Of a DNA stretch of 34,147 nt, positions 28,888 through 34,147 are shown piece after piece. A program made the position numbers and the translations under genes. The DNA is from an uncultured Gammaproteobacteria bacterium (GTDB lineage: Bacteria; Pseudomonadota; Gammaproteobacteria; UBA9214), in NCBI GenBank assembly GCA_963773065.1, contig CAVYZN010000010.1, positions 1 to 34,147 on the forward strand. Direction: 5' to 3'. Position 1 is the stretch's first letter; each line of letters begins with the position of its first letter. Below the pieces are notes generated by a model. It saw nothing but the letters and a program-made list of their open reading frames with translations. It searched no databases and had not been told where the DNA came from.

Positions 28888-31764
28888 AATTCCTTAATAC
28901 GGATATTGCGAAATTGCACGACTTCGGTGTGACATTGAAGTCCGATATAGCCTTCATCCCGCTTGGTTTTGCCAACACTCGCTGCAACAGCGGACAACAG
29001 GTTCGGAAACTGTCCTTTAGATACCAGCAGCCCGTTGAGCCTGACTTCGATGTTCCCGCCTTGCAGCTTGATCTCGTAACTGTTCCAGTAGGTCGATTTG
29101 CCCGCATCCCGTGGCTGCACGACTTTCGCGGCCCACAGCCGCGCGGGGAAGACGCCATAGACCGAGCCCGTCTTGTGCAGGGGAGAGCCATACACGGCGT
29201 TCTCGTAATCGTATCCCTGCTCGTCTATCTGGACTTCAATGGTCGAGTCATAAAAGCCTGCGTCAAGAACGGCGGGTTGCGGCATGCGCAGGAAGATTCC
29301 CGAGTTGGCTTCAATGTCGTAGGCTTTCCAGTCCAACCTCAGTATGAAATCATCGAACATCCTGGTGGTGTACCAGAGCACGCCCAAAGCGGTCGTCTTG
29401 TTATCCACGCCGGCGCCGAGGATGGGGTAAGTCTCGACTGGAGACATCAAAGAAAGCCTGACTCCCGCCGGGGACCATACTCCAGCCGTCGGTGGCGAAG
29501 TTCCCGCCATACAAGGTTTGAAACCCCGGCTCGTTCCCCAGGAACTCAACGGACGTACACCGTTCGATGATCGACACGGCGATCTTTCGTGAGAGGGCAA
29601 TTCCGGTCAGGGCCGGATTCGCCGAACCCGCGGTGGGGAAAATCGCTTGATCGACACAATAGGCGTTAGTGACATGATGAAAGCGCCCGTTTACATCGGT
29701 GACGGATTTGGCAAAGTCCGTGCCCATCCACATCGTTCCCAATTCATGATACGAGGTGCCGATGCCATCGGGTCCGCCTCCTACATATTCGATCGGTGAC
29801 GTGCCGCTTTGCGGCCTGGTGATTTCCAGATTGCCGTTCTGGATTCTAAAGTCGGGTTTATGCAAAGGGGCCGGCGGCGGTCCCGAAATAATCAAACCAT
29901 CGGCCGCAAAGCGCGCGGTGTGACAGGGACAGCTAAAGATACCTTGAGCACCCACCCAGTCGACGAAGCAGCCCTCGTGTGTACAAGTCCCCTCGATCAC
30001 CCGGTATTGGCCACCAAAGCGACCGACAAAAAAGCGCCCACTCGGCGTGTCCTCCCTGCGGAAGGAGTCGTCCGGGATAACGTTGAGGGGAACCTGGGCC
30101 AGCACCTCGATGGTCGCCGCGGGTTGAGGGCCGGTCGGTGCAGTACCGCCTTGCGTCTGGTTGGCCAATGCCGCGATGAAATCAAAGGCCGCTTCATCCT
30201 GGGCGGTTCGCACCTCACCATCGTCGCTCGTCTCCACCAGGTGGACATAAGCTTTGGGGATACGAAGCTCGTTGCCGCTTTCAATATAGATATCGTCCCC
30301 GGTCCCGCCAAAAGGACTGACATTCATCCAGCTCGCATTGGGGTTACTGCCGATGGGGCTGGTCCGATCCCCGAAGGTCTCTCCCACGGTCCGGATTCCG
30401 ATTGCAACGCGGTCGTTGCCAAGGCCGCTTTGTGCTTCCCGAATCGACTCGATATCTTCGATATTCGGTGTCATCTGATAGAGAAAACGTTCCGGGTCTT
30501 TGCTGGCGCCGGGAAACAGGGGCACATCCATATTGGGTGCGGCATAAAATTGCAAGTGGAATTGCCCCACACCACTCCCTGAGGTTGGCGTGGATCCGGT
30601 GACATGGAGTGCCGCCGTTTTTATTTTGGCCGGAGTGGGTGGAGGGAGATTGAGGGCAGTACGCTTGACGCGCCAGGTAAAGTTACTGCGCACGTGATAC
30701 AGCAGATTACGCCCTATTAATTCTCCATTCTGATTTAACGGCGCCGGGCGCGGGAAAGAGTTCAGAGCCAGGCGCGTCGAGTTAATGGTATTACCAGCCA
30801 GAATTACCATGGCGCTTGACTTGAGATTCAAGCGGACCACACGCGCTTTACTTTTGACTCTCGGGTCCGCCGGATCCGCCAACGCGACGACCACTTGATT
30901 TACGCGCCCATTCGCAGTTTGCAGTTTAAGCACCTCGGCATAAGGCACTACAAAAAGCCGGCGTAAGGAATTATTTCCGCCGCTGATTTCGCTGTCTTCC
31001 CGTACCGAGTCCAGCAGCAAGGGAAGACTGCTGTATTTATCGAAACTGAATAATCCGGAACCCGGGGATTCCCCCTGAACCGCGATCGGCGGAGCCAATG
31101 CCGCCTTCAGGGAAGGCACCTGGTTGCCGTTGACCACGGCTTCGGCGCGGCTCTTCAGCGCTGTATATAAAGGTCCGTTGATAAAATCCTGCACCGGATA
31201 AGCGCCAATTTCCCGCTCACTGTACTCATACCCGCCCCGCCAGCCGGTCTGAAAAAGATAGTCCTCGACATCTTCCGGCCACAGTCTGTCGCCATCGTCA
31301 TCGAGCTTCTGCATATCTTCTGGTTGGTAACGCGGGGACCACCCGCCCCAGAACATCGACTTGCCGCCGAGGCAGCGAGTGTGTTTTACGAACGCAACGC
31401 CATTTGTCTGGCCCGGCTCGACCAGATCTTCGGCGACCAATGCAGCGAGATCCGTGCTGCGGCGAGTCAGGTTTTGTATGTGTTCGGTGATCAGGAAAGG
31501 TCCCGACTCCAGAACCAGAATTCGCGGGGCATCCGGAGTGTTGGCCATCCTGCGGCCGCGCTCGAACAATTTGGCCGCCGTGTAGGCCCCATACATTCCC
31601 GATCCAACGATGACGATATCGAATTGCCCGCCGCTCTGGGCCTCGAGAATTTCATCCCAGGTATTGCAGGTGTAGCGAGCCAACCCATCAACAGAGAATG
31701 TCGTCCTCTGAATATCAGGCAGTGGGAGTGGGACACCAGTATCAACAAGTCTATTTAATGGCAT
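28884..31764 (-). CDS. GMC oxidoreductase with inserted Rieske [2Fe-2S] domain and C-terminal DUF1080 domain (frameshift near 29440)
   Basis: IVIVGSGMYG FAD motif, LGGKSMFWGGW, CTHEGC..CPCH Rieske motifs, HELGT..FPTAGSANP, EPGFQTLY; then DDFILRLDWK..NSGIFLR..EVQID..TGSVY..WNSYEI..GYIGLQCH..FRNIRIKEL. Confidence 0.85.
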
Positions 31765-31806
31765 AGCGATCCCTCGTCTGAGTTATGTTCCAAACCGCTG
31801 TACTGA

Positions 31807-31983
31807 GTGCCTGTGAAAATATCGCCAGCCTGCTGCGGACGCCGCTTTGCGGCTGTGGCGGCGTTGCGCCACGCGAAAACTTCGGTCATTTGGCTCGCCA
31901 AACTTCCTTGTTTTCGCGCAGCGCGCCTTGCCTCGCACGCCAATCGACGCCCTCGCGACGGCCGTCGATATTTTCACAGGCTC
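31807..31983. mobile_element. MITE, 177 bp
   Basis: 18-bp TIRs GTGCCTGTGAAAATATCG / CGATATTTTCACAGGCTC (1 mismatch), flanked by TGA direct repeats at 31804-31806 and 31984-31986. No transposase. Confidence 0.8.
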
Positions 31984-32197
31984 TGAGGCAGCCGGCCAGC
32001 TCGCGTATCCTCCTCGTTGTTGATGACCAGTCTTATTACCCGCAAAGAAGTGGCTACGCGGCGGGTAAAGATACGATTGTTGAATTCAAAACGCCAGAAC
32101 CCTATGGCCAGGGATTGAGGATTCGTAACTGACGGCGTGAAAGACGGGGACCGGCCAAGGCCGGTCAATCAATCGGAGCAGTCATGCGGACGAGATG

Positions 32198-32491
32198 CTA
32201 CATCCCCCAGAAGTCGGCAGGCGTTGCCTCGCAGTCAGTGCCGCTGGTACATCCGTGTACCTGCTGAATGTCCAGGCGTTCGGCAGCCAGTTCCAACTCG
32301 AACTGGGCTGTTATGCATTCCAGTTCCCTGCCGACCACCCCGCAGGACACCTGCTCCTTTTTGTACGCCTGCAGCATCCTGCCCGGATCATCGTCGTATT
32401 GGTCGGTCAATACGCTATCGCCAGCCCCGGCAGCAGTCCCCAAGACCAGCATCACCAGCCCCGGCAGCATTCTCGCAATCTTCATAGGCAT
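32198..32491 (-). CDS. Small secreted Cys-containing hypothetical protein
   Basis: AGGAGG RBS, signal peptide MKIARMLPGLVMLVLGTAAGA, 4 Cys. Confidence 0.55.
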   Translation of the reverse strand: MPMKIARMLPGLVMLVLGTAAGAGDSVLTDQYDDDPGRMLQAYKKEQVSCGVVGRELECITAQFELELAAERLDIQQVHGCTSGTDCEATPADFWGM

Positions 32492-32677
32492 ATCCTCCTA
32501 TGCGATTCCCCATATGACGGCAGATCACGAGAAAACAGTAGGTTAAGATGAAGCAGGACCAGGCGGGAGTGACGACGGCACGGCGGACTCTGCCGGGGCC
32601 CCCAGGGGCAGCGTCATAGGGTTGATAGGGGCGTTATTCGATGGCCTGATTGGCGGCGCAGTATCTCATTGACCGTG

Positions 32678-32705
32678 TGTCACCCTTTTTCGGACCGATA
32701 CGTTA
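32678..32705 (+). promoter_or_regulatory. ECF-sigma-type promoter TGTCACC-N16-CGTTA
   Basis: TGTCACCCTTTTTCGGACCGATACGTTA, about 45 nt before ATG 32749. Confidence 0.6.
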
Positions 32706-32748
32706 GCTATATTCGTAACACACGTAACCCATCAACCAGGAGGCAGTT

Positions 32749-33113
32749 ATGAACACACAGAGTAAAACCTCGTCCATCTTAGCGTCGGTCATGGCCATGA
32801 TCCTCGCGGTGCCGGGCGGCGCCTGGGCCGGTGGGGGTCGCTATGACAATGGCGGGCACTATAATGGCTACCACCAGAATGAACATTACAACAGCCATTA
32901 CAACAACCATTACAACGGCTATACAACAATCATTACAACGGCTATTACAAGGGTAGCCGGTACTATTATCCCCAGTACTCTGGGTACCAGTCGTGCGGTA
33001 ATAAGAATAACCATCACAACAACAACAATAACGACAACGACAACCTGTGGATCGGCCTGCTGGGCGGTGGCATCATCGGTTATACCCTGAGTAATATCCA
33101 TTCGGGCTACTAA
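32749..33113 (+). CDS. Shorter paralog of the His/Tyr/Asn-rich secreted protein (frameshift near 32922)
   Basis: MNTQSKTSSILASVMAMILAVPGGAWAG, HYN repeats; shifted frame gives NHHNNNNNDNDNLWIGLLGGGIIGYTLSNIHSGY*. Confidence 0.72.
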
Positions 33114-33337
33114 CCGCAAGCCATCGCATTACCCGACCCTCCCAGACCTTCACCGGGATGGACCTTAAACCTGGTGAATGTCGGGGGGGCAGGAGACTTC
33201 TAAATCAGCCCCCGAACGCCTCGATTGCCGCCTCCCGCCCGCTCCACGGAGATGGCGTTCGCGCATCCTTGGCGCACGCCGCCATTCAAGGCGCTGATCA
33301 GGCCGTCGCGGCGGCAGGTGACGTACTGTGTGAACGG

Positions 33338-33970
33338 CTATCCGCCGGTCTCCGGAACGCCGGTGAAGAAGTCGACAACCCCGGTCTCCAGCGAGTATTC
33401 GGCGCCGACGATGAGGAGGCCGTCGTGCTGGATCAGCTGTTCGATGAATTCCGACCCGTGTCGCAGGTGGTCGACCGAGGCGCGGATGTTGGCCCGGACC
33501 GCCTGCCGCACCAGCGCGTCCGGCTGATGGCGCGGCTCCGTCGCCAGCAGCCCTTCCACGGACGGGCGGATACGGCTGACGATCGAGCGGAGGTTGCGCG
33601 ACTGATCACCGGCCGGCCGCTGGAGTTCTTCGACCGTGGCGAGCATCGCGCCGCACTGGGAATGACCCAGCACCACCACCAGCCGCGTGCCGAACCGCTC
33701 CACGGCGAACTCGACGCTGCCGACCTGCGACGGGGCGACGATGTTGCCCGCGACCCGGATGACGAACAGGTCGCCCAGGCCCTGGTCGAAGACGATCTCC
33801 GCCGGGACCCGCGAATCGGAGCAGCCGAGGATGACGGCGAACGGCTCCTGGCCGGCGGCGAGTTCCGCCCGCTGTGCATGGCTGAGCAGGGTATCGGGAC
33901 TGCGCAGGCCGGCGGCGAAGCGCTGGTTCCCTGTGCGCAGGTGTTCCAGCGCGGTGACAGCGTCGATCAT
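33338..33970 (-). CDS. Beta-class carbonic anhydrase
   Basis: GNQRF, QEPFAVILGCSDSRV, GDLFVIRVAGN, VVLGHSQCGA (Cys/Asp/His/Cys Zn site). Confidence 0.95.
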   Translation of the reverse strand: MIDAVTALEHLRTGNQRFAAGLRSPDTLLSHAQRAELAAGQEPFAVILGCSDSRVPAEIVFDQGLGDLFVIRVAGNIVAPSQVGSVEFAVERFGTRLVVVLGHSQCGAMLATVEELQRPAGDQSRNLRSIVSRIRPSVEGLLATEPRHQPDALVRQAVRANIRASVDHLRHGSEFIEQLIQHDGLLIVGAEYSLETGVVDFFTGVPETGG

Positions 33971-34147
33971 GTTCGGGTGTTCCGTTCTGCCGGGTTCCGG
34001 TGACCCCACCCGACGTGGCTCGTGCAGCGAATCTCGATGGGTAAGGCGATACGGTGGACGATTATCACCGCTTCCCCTGGGGATAGGGAATACGCCGCGG
34101 TATTTTTCAGTTCAGAAAGTCTGTTATGAATCCGTTGGTTCATTAAA

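Noticed and set aside
33158-34003. 281-aa + strand ORF and similar long antisense ORFs elsewhere
   Set aside because: Shadow frames of GC-rich real genes (here the carbonic anhydrase), with no motifs of their own.

Overview
GC-rich gammaproteobacterial chromosomal window. The first ~21 kb is conserved housekeeping backbone: a DUF2282 bufferin-type precursor, birA-coaX-SPOR-tRNA-Thr, a small islet ending at tRNA-Pro, ispB, rplU-rpmA-obgE-proB, rpsT, murJ and ribF-ileS-lspA-fkpB. Many genes, including essential ones, carry single-base frameshifts, which I read as uncorrected sequencing indels. The ribF-ileS-lspA-fkpB operon is heavily colonised. A GxxExxY nuclease-like gene bracketed by inverted repeats sits between ribF and ileS, and gene-less copies of the same repeat occur after proB and fkpB. 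Two apparently identical 1925-bp group II introns are each inserted at the same GGGAATGA|C position of a REP/dRS3-like palindrome. After the second intron the operon breaks (no ispH). Two tiny membrane ORFs and a cas-less type III-like CRISPR array (5 full repeats, 1 truncated repeat, 5 spacers) follow. The last 10 kb is accessory: lipoproteins, two His/Tyr/Asn-rich secreted paralogs sharing an ECF-type promoter, a GMC oxidoreductase with an inserted Rieske domain and a probable DUF1080 tail, a 177-bp MITE, IS21 and VPLPA-CTERM relics, and a beta-carbonic anhydrase.
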